The notes under the pieces were generated by a model. The model saw only the letters and a program-made list of their open reading frames with translations. It did not search any database and had not been told where the DNA came from. From Daphnia carinata (taxonomy: Eukaryota): DNA of 64,000 nucleotides. Numbering within the stretch: the stretch's first letter is position 1; every line of letters begins with the position of its first letter. Of this stretch, positions 11,001 through 24,300 are shown piece by piece. The translations under genes and the position numbers were made by a program. The stretch is from positions 3,782,001-3,846,000 of the forward strand of contig NC_081333.1 of the NCBI RefSeq assembly GCF_022539665.2, given 5' to 3'.

Positions 11001-14000
11001 AAGGGTCGAGTCTGAGATAATTAAGTGCCGTTGAATTTTCCATTTTTGGTCGGTTGACCAGAGCCCGTCCATTCCTATCGTACTCAAGATATCCATTAAC
11101 GTCAAAATGCAAACAATACGTGCACTTGGCACACTTCAGGCTAAAAGCGATCGATTACGTTCCTTCCCTATTCCCATTGTCCTTATGTTTCAGGCCTTTG
11201 CAAATGACACTCCCAGGGTGTGCTGGAGAAGCGTCATGAATCATCTGCGTCTAACCCAGAACTTCCGGGATAACCGAAAAATTGTCAAGATATTTAAAGC
11301 AGGTAACTTAATACTATACCCCATCTTCCATTTCTAACAACCTGGACACTTAAACAATTCTATGGCTAAAATAAAGATAACAAAGTCTAACCTTGGACGC
11401 TGACCAGCCCACCACATATGGCCAATTGCGATTTAGGAGAGATGAGTCCCGGTCGTCCGGCGGATTTCTTGCCACCGCGGAAAATGCGGGCGATGCGATT
11501 TGTTTTGGTGAACAACGCGGCGTAGACGACGCTGAAACACAGCCCAATGGCTGTCTGCTGGACGCCGCAAACGACGTCCGTTGGTCGCAGGACAAACAGG
11601 AAGGAGACCATGTAGCAGAGAAGGATGCCACTGAGAAGGACGTAACTCAATTCTCTTCCAGATGCTCGCACCACTGGCGTGTCATTGTGTTGACAAAACA
11701 CCCCTAAAACCTGTCAGGACAATTAGTGTTTCCATTCGCCTTTCGTTATGAATTTAAACTTAAAAATAAATGTGGTATTTACTGCGAAGGTGAGTAGGAT
11801 GCCAACAGCCGAAAATGACATGGCTCCAATGGCCCAGCCGGTATCGGGTCGAAGGTAAACCTCAGGAATGTGCAGACATTGATTCCGTTCTGCATTGGGT
11901 AGAGTGCCTAGCGGACAAGCTGAGCATTGCGTTTCGTCATCTGGATTTCGGATCTATTTCAGAAAAACAAATGTCGAATGATCTTCCAGATGGCATAGGC
12001 ATGCTTTTTTCTGAGCATAAGCCCATCAGCCATCGATCGGCACAAGGGATCCAATGATCCAAATCGAACTATATTCTTGCACGCCGTATGATGGTAAACC
12101 GAATAAGCTCTGCTGTGCTATCTTCTCCTTACTTCCCTTAAAACGACACCATGCAACACATCGACCTCCACGTTCTTTTTGTCTAACTCCCCCCATCAAT
12201 ATATGCAACATCATGCAGTACCGTCTGATGGGAATTCAATCTCGTCTGCGACCACGTTTCCCCGCTAACTTCGTACTGCCCTATGAAAAGGCAGCTACTG
12301 GTCTCTTTCATACAATCAAGCAGAAATCACACAAAGCCAATATCCTCCAGCACATCGCACGTAGCTACAAAAATATAGTAAAGCGTAACGTTACCTGATA
12401 GAGAATGCATTCGACGCACGTCCAGCAGCAACCTTCGCCTTCCACGTACTTTTTCGCCTGCGAAGCGTTGCACGGCCGGCTGCAAATGGACTCGGGTGGC
12501 GTTGACCGATCGCCTCGGAATCGTAGCTCTTTCATTTAGATACATTGCAAAACGAAACAAAGTACATAAAAATTAAACACTGATTTGTGCCCACTATTAC
12601 ATCTAAATTACAGCAAAAGGTCACCTGTGTTATGGAAACAAATTAACAACCAATAATGCTTAATTACCAACCCAACTCACTTAAAAAGGAAAATTTTCAA
12701 AATGGCTGGACAAAAAGTGCGCCAAAATTTTCCTCATCGGTCAGAACTTTACGAGACGTCCAAATCTCAAGAAAGACAAAGACCTAACTGCAAAAGGTAA
12801 AGACATTTTGATCCTTTAGAAAGAAAGGAAAGGAAAATTTCCATATTTTCGTTTGCTAACCCCTACCCTAAAAATTTAAAGAAGCCACCAGCGAAATGTT
12901 CACCCTTTCCCAAGGTCGATGTTCCCTCCTTCGAGAAAACAAACAAATGAATAACTACATGGGTGTTTGCTCCCAACTCTCTAACCACGTGAGGAAAAGG
13001 GAGATTCGGGTGATAGGGTGGATATAGGATAGGAAAGTTATTGTTCTCGAAAAATTTCTTACCCTTCCCTTCTCAGTCTCCATCCGCCATTATGGTTTTG
13101 GGATCAACCAATCACAAGAAGTTAATTTCCCAAAGCGAAAATCAGAGGGCTTAGCTTCACTAACCTAATCGAAATAGAGCTTTACAATAATGGCAAACAA
13201 ACCCAGTAAAAAATGTTTCTGATTAGCTTGCCAAGCTCTAAATCAAATAAATAATAAACACATGTTTTTCTTTTTATATAACCTATCTAAGACAAGACAA
13301 CAGAGATAAACAATGTCGAATACACTGCCATGACGCAGCACAGTACGAAAGCCAATGCTTCGGGTAATGGAAGCAGTATCGTTTCATTAGGAGAGTGGAC
13401 AATGTCTCGTCATATAATGATCCTGCCTTTTGATATTCTTTTGTTACTCACGCTTTTTGTTGTATATATGGGTTCCTCTGTAGTATTACTTAACAAAGAA
13501 GTGGTATCAAACCCACGTAGACAGGCAAATACATACCATTCGTATCAAGCTTTAGTTGTCCAGAGTGGTATTCACCAATGCGGAGCCTTCGATATCGACC
13601 GGGCGAGACTTGCTTGAAATGAATGAGATCATAACGAGCAGGTCCATCTCCGAAATCGTCGAATTGGAAACGATCACCACTCAATCCTGTTAGCAAGAAG
13701 AGTAGTATTATGAATTCGCGAAATTAGTAATTAATTACATGTTTATCAAATATAGGACAGCCTTTATTTCCTCGTAATTAACGAAAGGGTAGATTGCAAA
13801 TACCTGTGAATTCGACTCTTCTGAGATACTTGAGCAGTTCGCTACCGTCAATAGGAACCATTTCTTTGCACAGACCCTTACGGCCGTGACATAAGGTCTG
13901 GTGCATATCTCTGATGAACAGACATAAGAAAAACAAATGGTGCGATCAAGTCTATGTTAGAACTTAATTTGGCTTATATCATCGTTTCAGTTACGACGTT

Positions 14001-17000
14001 TATGTTATTTATCTCGGAAGTAGTTTTTCGTTTCCTTTTTTGTCGACGTGTTTATTGCGTTTGGACTTACGTACTTGAAAGCATTGGCGAAGGCCAAGAC
14101 AGCGTCGGAAACGTATTGCAGTTGGCCTTCGAACTCAACGCTTTCGGGCGTGAGTTTCTCTTGACCGGTGCACGTCCTATGCCAATCCTATAAAGGTAAC
14201 ATACCAATCCAATTCTTTTACATTTCATCGTATCCAATTTTGTTGATTACCTGATTGTAAGGAGTTGGTGGACTGGATGGGTACCGACACTGGAAATGGT
14301 TTTCCCAGAATTCTGTCGAAAAAAAAAAAGGCCAGACATTAAGCTGCACCTTTCTAAAGCCCATACCAATCTTAATTAATGCTATGGCTAAGCAATTAAT
14401 TGGAAGGTGGAACAAAGATAACTGTAGAATGAGGGCTTTAAAGATAATTTTAAGACATGGCTAGTCATCCTCCCTCGAGAAATAAATCCGGTATATTAAG
14501 CAAAGACAACTAACGTGAAAAAGAAAGAATGGATAAAGAATAATTTTCGATAGAAAGACTCACCAATGAACCAGGGATTGCGTTTGTTGTTGAGCGGCGT
14601 GAGCGAGAGAAAGTAATTATCGAATCCCCTAATGGGATGAGCTTGCGGAAGAAAAGCCAAAGTGCCTTCGACTTCTGGTTCATTTCCTTCGGAGACGAGC
14701 AGCCGGCCAGCCCATCCATCAGATCCGATCCAGTTGAAATTGGCCGTCAGATTGTTGCGTCGAACAGCTCGCATCACTCCCGACACTTCCTGGTCCGACC
14801 CGAAAATAATGACACCTTTCGCTTTCGGTTTCGAGTTCAACTTGTGAACAATGCCATTGTAGGCCGCTTCGCTGGCCACGCCCGAATCCTTCACCAGCCG
14901 CTCCTTGACGGCGATACAAATGTTGTTCTTGGCCAGCAGCACTTCCAGCTCCTCAAATGCCTGTGAGTAATAAGTGTGGGTGTGGCTGATGACATTGCTT
15001 GATCATGAGGTCAACATTGATGGATAGAACTACAAAAGAATGCTTTTCCCTTTGCCAGCTCATAACCGTAGTCTCAGAGAGGGATCGAGTGGCGTCATCC
15101 ATCAAGTACTCTTTAAGCCTGTGGGTTTGATTCTCCTGATATTGTAAACATACTTTTGGATAGTGCATGAAGCTTGGATACTACCCCATGAAGAAGAAAA
15201 AAGACAGTGTAGCATAATACACTTCATTGACACTGAAGGCCAATCGAAAATGGATACGTCTTGGGATTTCTCATGCGTGTTTTCATGAAGATGGAATATA
15301 TTGGCTTGCAGACAAATATTGGCTCACTTGATCACTATTGATCAAAGCCGTTTGACGTGTTCGATCATGTATCCCGAAGCAAAACAGAGCCATCTTCCAC
15401 ATCGAACAACGTTGCTGTACATTTTTCACGAAAAATGCTCTTGCTGAATTTTTTTGTTTTGCAACAAATTAAAGTACTATTCTACTTTGCCGTAGGAAGC
15501 CATGTTCTTGTCTATACGCTTCTACGTCACGATAGTTTGTTAAACGAACCAAACGAGCTGGTATAATGCATTTCGCGATAAGGGGAATAAACCTGATTAA
15601 ATTTGACTCGAGTATCTAGGCAGTCTAATCAATTGACGAGGTTAACAACTTGATCGATCCACCGTTGGCAAAGATGAAATGTTTACGCCTCTTCCCATTG
15701 ACAAGCATTTTTTTTTGTTTGGGTGAAAGTTCCAGTAGAACGAACTTTTATGTATCAAAGAGGGAACAATATCCCAAACAATCTCTTTGGGAGAGAGCCT
15801 CACACGGTTAATGGTGCCGAGAGCTCGGTTCCGAAAACCCCGGATAGAACATAAAACCGGGCGTGACAATTCAGCTGATATTTCCCTGGCCAAGCTCAAA
15901 AAGAAAACTTCTCCGAAATCGTATACACTGCAAGAGATATTCCGGATGGCTGCGTGAAACGTACGCCCACGGGGGAGAACAAAAATCAAAATGAAGTGAT
16001 CCTGATAGAATCTCAATTTATCCAACTTGGTGACAATTCCACACATGTCCCAAAACTCAATGTAGGGCCATAAGAATTGCATACGGTTGATTGCAAGGGT
16101 AGGAATCGAGGATGAAAAGGATTTCAAGTTACCAGTAGGGCAAAGATGGGCGTATGTTGATCATAGAGATGCACATCCGGATGATCACATCACATCTCAG
16201 TCAACGGAATAAAATCTAATATTTGAACGCCTTTTGTTATGTTTCGTGTTTTCAATGCTGTCGCATCCAAACTTGGCCGTCAGCTCACGATGTTTGGCAT
16301 TTTTCTTTTTCTATAGTTTAAAAAAGGCGGCGAGGAAAAGCCTTCAATCTTCCTGCCTTACACAGTGTCCTCGAAATTTATTGACGGTTTCTTGGCAAAG
16401 GTTTACTCGTCGATCAAATCGATAAAGCATTTCGGCATCAATAGCTGGTGGGGTAAACATCGAAAGCATTGTGCGAGAGGGTTGTGATGTTTACCTTGAT
16501 ACCGTACGTGGATTCTTCGTAGAGGATAGAAATGTAGGTCCATTTGAGGAATCGAATCATCTGGACGATGGCCATTACTTGGTGATGGTCGGATGGAATA
16601 GTCCGCGTGAAATATTCAAATCGTTGCTTGTTACTCAGCTCGGGACTCGACGAGAAGAAGGAAACCTTTTAACAGACACGAGCCGTAAACATCAAACCAC
16701 AAAAGGAAGTGTTACATTTGTCGTTTAATAGTAAACACGCCGGATATACAGAAAAAGAACGAACAAAAAATCACCTGGGGGATTTTGAAGAGTCGCAAAA
16801 GATTTGCCACTTGGATGGACGTTCCCGACGATGAGGCGCCTACCACTCCCGAAATAACTTTATTCCTCACATCCGGTACAGTTCCATCCAGACATTTGTA
16901 TTCCGTGTCATCGATATTGCTAATGGAACCTACGAGATCGAGATAACAGCATCAACAACTGAATCATTTCAATGTATACAGACCAAATGCACTTTTGCAT

Positions 17001-18392
17001 TCTGTAATTCTCTTGAACGAGGAGCAGATATTTCCTTGTCGGATGCCGATAAACTTCCTTCGGGAAACGTGTTTTTCTTTTCTTCCCCCCCCCCCCCCCC
17101 CCCCCCATTTTTTTTTTTTTTGGGGGGGGGGGGGGCTTCCATTCCCTACTTAAGTGCACATGCTGCTTCACTTAGAGAAGACCCACTGCTGCGTGAGTGG
17201 CAAAATTCAAAAAAAGAGTCACTCGGTAAGTTCTATCGCTCACGCCAAGAAGCTTAAACTAAGCCTTCGAATAGCGCTGAATTAGTTTGCTCAAACAGTT
17301 AACCGAGTACGCCCAGCACTTAAGAGAGTGAAGGATTCAAGGTGGTCCCACCTCAATATAAGGACGTAACACTATATCACCCATTACAGTTAATTAGAAG
17401 TAATCGAGTAACTGATGCACATCATACATGTTATTTTATACACATCGTGTGTCTTGTGACGTCATTCTCGAAACGATTGCCATTATAATTCGAATTAAAC
17501 GTTTTTCTTTACATAAAAAATGTGTTGTGATTTGTTTCCTTATTATCGCATCGTCATTTGTCGTCCGTTGACCAAACAGGAAGGTAAGAGATAACCTAAC
17601 GTATCTTTTTATGTTTGACGGTCTTATATAATATTCTACGTGATTTATTTCCCCCGTTAATGACGGGACTAGGAATAGAATTTCAAACCTCATTATAGAC
17701 TCGCCTGTCTCATCGCTAAATAAAGCGTCCAATTATATTGCTAGCGATAGGACATACCGCATGTAAGAGTAGAAGCACATACGTATGCTATGAATTTGTA
17801 CGTCCAACGGGAGAACCACTGTCAGGACCGTTACGTAATGGCCTGTTAGGCTTGACTATCTGTTTTGCCTTCGTGTTTTTTTTTGTGTATTGTATCGGGA
17901 GTAACTGATACTGTAATTCTTTTTGTCCCATCATTTTCTCTGTGCACTGTACCTTTGATAAAAGCGACGGCCTGTTCCAGTCCGTAAGTGTCTTTGTCGC
18001 AGTCGTCGAGGATGTGGGCGCCGATGGTGAATCCGGATTCGTTGGACAGGATCGGATTAATTTGATCGATGGTGAACAACATTGTCTCCAAGGCCTTTCC
18101 ATTTTTTATTTCAAACCAAACGTTTGCAATAAATGTCTCGTTCAATCACTCGTGAATGAAAATATGTTACCTGAATGCCACCTTGTGGCATGACAGGTCC
18201 ACAGGTGATGTCTTCGTGTCTTTCATGGACCATCATGAGACCACCGAGAATGAGATCACCTTCCACTTCCGCGGCCTTCTTAGTAGGCCATGTGAAATTG
18301 AAGGCAGACTTGGAGTTTGACACCTGGGTTCGACTGTACACGAGCAATGGCGATATGAACATCATAGAAAAGAACCACCAAAGGCCCATCAT
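7517..18392 (-). CDS. mtt: Class C GPCR, mXR/mangetout-like metabotropic glutamate receptor homolog, copy A (~977 aa, 17 coding exons)
   Basis: Exons 5'->3': 18392-18171, 18094-17953, 16929-16775, 16665-16495, 14960-14564, 14312-14251, 14187-14075, 13910-13804, 13686-13537, 12528-12395, 11953-11783, 11710-11392, 9209-9094, 9023-8869, 8749-8614, 7961-7880, 7818-7517. All GT-AG, frame continuous (2934 nt). Signal peptide; Venus flytrap motifs ([53 protein letters not shown]); 9-Cys domain; 7TM ([47 protein letters not shown]); tail ending [30 protein letters not shown] and IFGSDQEV match insect mXR/mtt as I recall it rather than mGluRA. Confidence 0.9.
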
Positions 18393-21300
18393 GACGAGTT
18401 CGGTTTGCTTTTTGAACTCTTCGTTGATGTACACTGGTTCTATGTTTCTCTACGAATTGATCCGTTTGCTCGTCGATCGGAAACCATCAGGCTCTTCCGT
18501 TATCACGGACGACCAAATCACAGCAGCTGTTCCTAATTAGAAATTGTATTAGAACTCCAATTGAGATTAACCGAACATCGTTAATTGAATGACATTCTTT
18601 CATTGGTAAGACTAGAAAAAAAATATATATAAGCCTTAAAATTCTAAAATGAATGGCTCGGAAGAACGTGCAAGTCGGTTGAAAGGACGGATGGCCAAGT
18701 TAAAGATGAAATTCACGCGTGTTTAAATGCACCATATCATTACTTTTAAATTACCAAAATTCCATTAGCGGAACGAACCTAAAATGCTACGCCAAGTCAA
18801 AAGTTTTCTCATTTCATACGCTTGTTTCAATGTTGATACATCTCCGTTTGCCATTCACTCTACTTTAATGAACAGTCTCCTGTGCCCGACATTTTACGCA
18901 CACCCGTGCACTATACCCGACATCTTACGCTACAGCAGGCGTCCTACATAAAAGCATCGATATAAGTTTCCAACAAGAATTCACTTTGTATCGCCACTTT
19001 GGATTCAAATTCCATCCGTTGGTTGGACGTCTCCTGAATGTAAAACAAAATTCAATTTGAGCGTCCATGCAAATACCTATGTTGGATACCACCCCTGACG
19101 CGTGACTCTGTTTCTTACAATAACTCAAACGCAAAGGAAACAAAAAATCTTTTTGATTCAAAATGCTATGCACAACACTCTTTCTTCTATTATTAAAGAA
19201 AAAAAAAATCGCGAGCTCTGGATAAGTAATCTTAATAACATCCTGTTGCAAAATGTGTCACTGCTCCGATAAAATGCCGTCTATCTCGTTGCAGTACTCG
19301 CCATATGCTCGTGGGAGCGAATAAATCGACTATGCGAATGCTCCGAAGGGGGGGTGGGCTCGATCCTTCACGTCTCGGGACAGCTTGAGTCTTGCGATAT
19401 CACGTGCTGATACGTCCGAAAAGAAAAAAACAAAAATGGGCCCTTCGTGCACGTAGACCATCACTTTAAAACAGCCTTGTACTACATAGGGTAGATGTTC
19501 CAATTTTTCGATACTTTTGTTCAATTTAGAAAGATAAGCAAAATTGAGATGGCCATTTTACATGAAGTGCAATTTTGGTTATTGCTATTTTTGTGTTTTC
19601 GACGTGATTCATCCCATCTTCATCATTTGAAACTTGTGATCTATAGCGCCGGGGTGATTTACTTGTAAAGCCTTGGGTTGTGTTTATAAAAATAATGGGA
19701 AATCACGTGGACGCAAGGCAATAAATAGCACGCGCTGTTCTAATGCTTCGGGAGCGGCGGGAAAAAAAATAAAGCAAAAATCGGTTTGCTTCGTACATGG
19801 ATACATATATATGGGTTTGGAGTGACAGCACCTTTTTACGAGCAGCGTCAACAGCTTCTTTTTGATTTCCAGACTTGTCCTTCCCTTGAAACGTGTGATT
19901 TGATCAACCGTTACTGCAACTCGATTTTGAATAATGCGAAGCGCACTTTTGCGTCACGTGCGGGCAAAAAGCAAGAAAAAAGAGTTTGGTCTCAACGGAT
20001 TGCGAAAATCTACAAACTTTTCGTTTGATGCGCATCGTCCATGTTGTTCCCGGGACGTTAGAAAAAAGCGAGTTCGGTTCCATAGAAAAGTTAACAATTT
20101 TTTTCTGTAGCGTTTTTGATTCGTGGAATATTTCAATTTTCGGTATCAAAGGGGGATTTGCGTAGAATTTAAATGCACCGCTTGTAACATTATGTCATCA
20201 TCGACTGCCTTTTGTAATACCCTTGGCGCTAATGTATTGCAAAAACGGAATTCAAAATAGGCTCCCGGACTATGTTTATCGATTCAAATTAAATAACGCA
20301 TCGTTTGGTTTTTCTTCTTCCTTCGAAAACTGTTTGCCCAATCGAAAAACGTTTCAATCAAATCAACTACGTTTGGAGTAAAAAAAGAATTAAATAAGAT
20401 AAAAAGAAAACATGTCGCGATCGATCGTCTTCTGGCAGATTTCTGATGGAACTGTCTTGTATAGTCTACACATCAAACGCACAGCGGCCAAAGAGTTTAT
20501 GATTGCACCCCCTTCATATTTGAAAGTTTAGATTCCAAACTGCAACAAAAATGGGATTGAATTCACTTGTGCAACCCCGCAGCAACGATTCAACATACGT
20601 CAGAGCCCACAGGCATCTTGCTTTGATAACCTAATAAAGAGAAATGCGTGTACCTAAATCATCTTCGTTTTTTTTCCCCTTCGCTCGCTGAAGAACTAGT
20701 TATTCATGAAATAAAAAAAACCCATTTTTTTTCTTCGCAATAGTTCCCGTCTTCTTTTTTGTGCGGTCTCGCATCTTTAAGAAAGGACGATGTCAACGCA
20801 AGGTCTCGGATGAGCATCAAATGTCAGCGCTATATTTGTAACACACGGTCTAGTTAACGTCAACAACTATGACAACTATAACGCTATCAATATGATAATG
20901 GCTCGGAGTTTTGTTGACCGAGCTGTCGGAAGACTTTTCCTCGTTAGCTAAAAACTCTTTGTTCATCATCGTGATTGCCACACACATAAATGAACAGTCT
21001 ATGACGTCCCAACCGTCACGCGCGCACAACTTCGTGACAGATCGTGGATCGTAAACGCAACTTTGTCTTGGGCAGAACCGTTTCTTTTCTATACCAGCTG
21101 TCCTATTTTTTAAAATTCCTTTTTAGACAACAAGATATTAATAAAGAGTTATTTTGGGACATTTAAAAAGTTTGTCCTAATTGAGGCTGACTTTATACAG
21201 TTCTTCGTTATTGCTGTGTGTTCATCGTGCTCTTAATCAACGTACTACGTAATACTTCTAATACGTCCTATTTGTTCATATCGTTTTTGCCGTCTCAACT

Positions 21301-24300
21301 TTCACGCTGGATCGCATCCGGCTGGTTTACAACATTCGACGTAGGAAGTAAAAATAACCAAAATAAAATGTATAAGGCCAATTTAACGATTGTAATTGAC
21401 GGAGGGATCACAGTGATGTAAAGATATCGTGAAAAGCAGTCGACCATCGCTGTTTTCACATGTCCAGCAATTTGAGTGAAGACTGAACGACTTGGCCGGT
21501 ATAGTGGCCGGAAAGGAGCGTGTTCCTTCGTACAAACGGTGAGAAAAAATTGGCAAGGTCTTGTTCCTCTTTTTCTGCTGCTATTGTTGTCGGGACCACT
21601 AAATGTAAGCTCATAAGTAGGAATTTATATCCCACTAAATTATACACAGGGTCGTATCGCCTGTCCTTATTCTTCATCTTCACGGCCGATGGTGATTGGC
21701 GAGTAGCCGAATTTTTCAGGATGATTCTCCGTGTTTGGCAAATAGCCATCAGTAGTTAACGTTTCTTCGATATAAAATTCGGGGTTGTAAACAATGTTTT
21801 TTCTTTTGCTTGTAAACTTACGAGGAAATGGCTGAACTTTCTGCACAAATGAATTGAAATTTTTTTAATCGTTTAGTTCAGTAATTAGCAGGGCATTCTT
21901 TCGCTTCCCTGCTTTATTTCTTTTTTGTTTGCTCACATAATTTAACTAAATATTGTGCTGATGCCAGTTAAGCATACAGCCGAGCTTTTATAAAGAGACA
22001 AGAAAAAGGCAAAGAGCAGAAAATGAGAGAAGTTTGAGTGTCACGAAGGATCCGAGTATATAACGTTAATACACGTTAATACTCCTTTCTTTGTGTTGCT
22101 GCTTGAATGTCAGCACGTGATTGCAGAAAAATGACATAACCAGCCTCTGATGCGGCCAGGCATATAATTGTTGAGAATTAATCTCGATCGGCGCAGCCAA
22201 AGGATTTGCTTCGCTTTACTTCATCTTTTCACGGTCTTCGCCGCTTTTTAGAAAATGAGGTCAACCATCAGGCCCACTACCAGGTGTCTTTCTACATTCA
22301 TTTAGAATTAATCTTCATGTTCTTTTAATAGATACAATAAGCGAAAAAAAAAAGAAATGGGGCTGGCCTTCTTTTTCTGGTTGCCATATGAATTACCTAG
22401 AGTAGCACTAATGGACTGTCATATCTCGCCAATATTTTTAGACACACCTCAACGCTGCGTATTGTTGTCTGGAACCATTGGGGCCCTAAAATTGAAAAGT
22501 AAATCTCTACCACGCCCTATATAGTGAAAGGACTGCTATGTGGATGATAAGGCATTCAGACGAAGGCTTTCAACCCAAATGTATTTCACTTTCTGTCTGC
22601 TTGATAGCCTACATTATGCATGCCATTAGTTTGATGTAGAGACACGCCAACGATCGCCAAATCCTGTTATGTACACATCATATACCTATACGTGTACTGT
22701 GTTTCGAGGATTTACTATACGATTGATTTTGCGCCTCACGCAACACGCCCATCGTACGTCTATATTGTCATTTGGAAATTTGATTGCTTCTAGTCTTAAA
22801 GTATAATGGCATTCTGTTTATTTTTTTTTTCAAGGTTTCAAATCGACTTGAATAGGCAAGTCGTTGGCACACAACGTTATGTGTTGAAAGAGCTGTGTGT
22901 ATCATGCCAGTATCCTGTATTACGAGATTTCCATAGCGTTTCGCTTGTAGGATCGATTGAGCTACAGGAAGATTCGCAATCGAATCAATCGAGAAATGAT
23001 CTATTTCTTTTTGTGTGTGCGTGTGTGCACGAACACACACGACATTGCTGATTCAATAACGCTGATAGTGCCTTTGTCGTTCAACCCGAATGAAAGAAAA
23101 TCATATGAAAAATATAACGACAATTTTCAATACACCTTGAGGCCGTTCGAAGTATTGACCATTAAATACAGCATGTTATGTCCTGGCCCCATAGCTCTGC
23201 ATTCCATAGTGATGGGCACATGAGTAGCTGACACAAGTTTTGCCCGTAAATTTATTTGCATAAAAGTAAAGAGGATGGCACGCTTGTAGCTCAGAGGGCT
23301 TATTAATGTATAGGATATAAAATAGAAAGAATAAAGGCTTTAGGGAATTCTTCCGATTACCATGCTTCCTTAACCGTGAGCTTATAAAAAAAGAGTTTCT
23401 ACCAGTAAAAAAGAAGCATGTTCTTTCGCTTTTTCTAAATTGTATGCAAAGCCCATGATAAATCGCAGTTGAGATTACACTATTTTGAAGGTTGGACGAA
23501 CGGCGTCAAATAGTGCGAAGAAGAATCAATAATGGCAACGATTTTCTTCGACTGGCAAACTATTTCCTACAAGGTCTTTTTCCTTTTTCTATATTGAAGA
23601 GCCCTTGCATGTAAACTATACGTAACTTTGTCTGCCCTAGCCAAAGGATAGCCTCCCATTTCCGCGCTTTGTTAAGTTCCTTTTCTTAGTCTGCAGAGAC
23701 TTGGTGTTAAAAAAAAAAGGGAAGCTACGTAGTTCCCGGAGCTAATTTATCTCCCTTACACGACGGGGCATAGGAAAATTTAAACATTTATTTCGTTTGC
23801 CTTTGTAACGAGCTAAAAAAGTAGATCCTCATGAACAGTTCATCGTTTTTTGTTTCTTTATCTTCATCCTCTACCTCTTTATACGTATAGAAAACCTGCA
23901 GTCTTCCTTTATTCAAGTTTTGCTGACGATGAAAACATGTCTTTTCTACAGTTGCTGTTTATCATGGCAACATGCAGCATAGTTTCTATGTGCACTTGTG
24001 AATTTGTTTGGCTTGCAAACTCTGACAAAGGCTAATGAGCATCAGGATGTGGAGAGGAAACAATGACGGAACTAAGAAACACATCGTCAAGAAAAAGCCC
24101 GTAGCTAGAAATTGATATTGGTTACTTGTTTTGTTTGTTTTTCTATGTTCTATCTCGATTGTGTGTAGTGCACATCACGGATTGATTTCCGTGTTTAATG
24201 CATTCGCAGCCGCCACTACGTTGCGGAATAAGGCCCATTAGTGTAAGGACATTAAAGGCACGCATAAATAGTTGGCAGCTTGCATCATCCCTCGATTTCA

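Noticed and set aside
10020..11300. Possible transposon remnant in copy A intron 12 (also 12600-13270 and 40140-40980)
   Set aside because: No terminal repeats, target-site duplication or recognisable transposase/RT motifs; cannot be supported without a repeat library.
17085..17135. Poly-C / poly-T / poly-G arrangement able to form a hairpin
   Set aside because: Homopolymer runs are ubiquitous in this window; not present in the paralogous introns.
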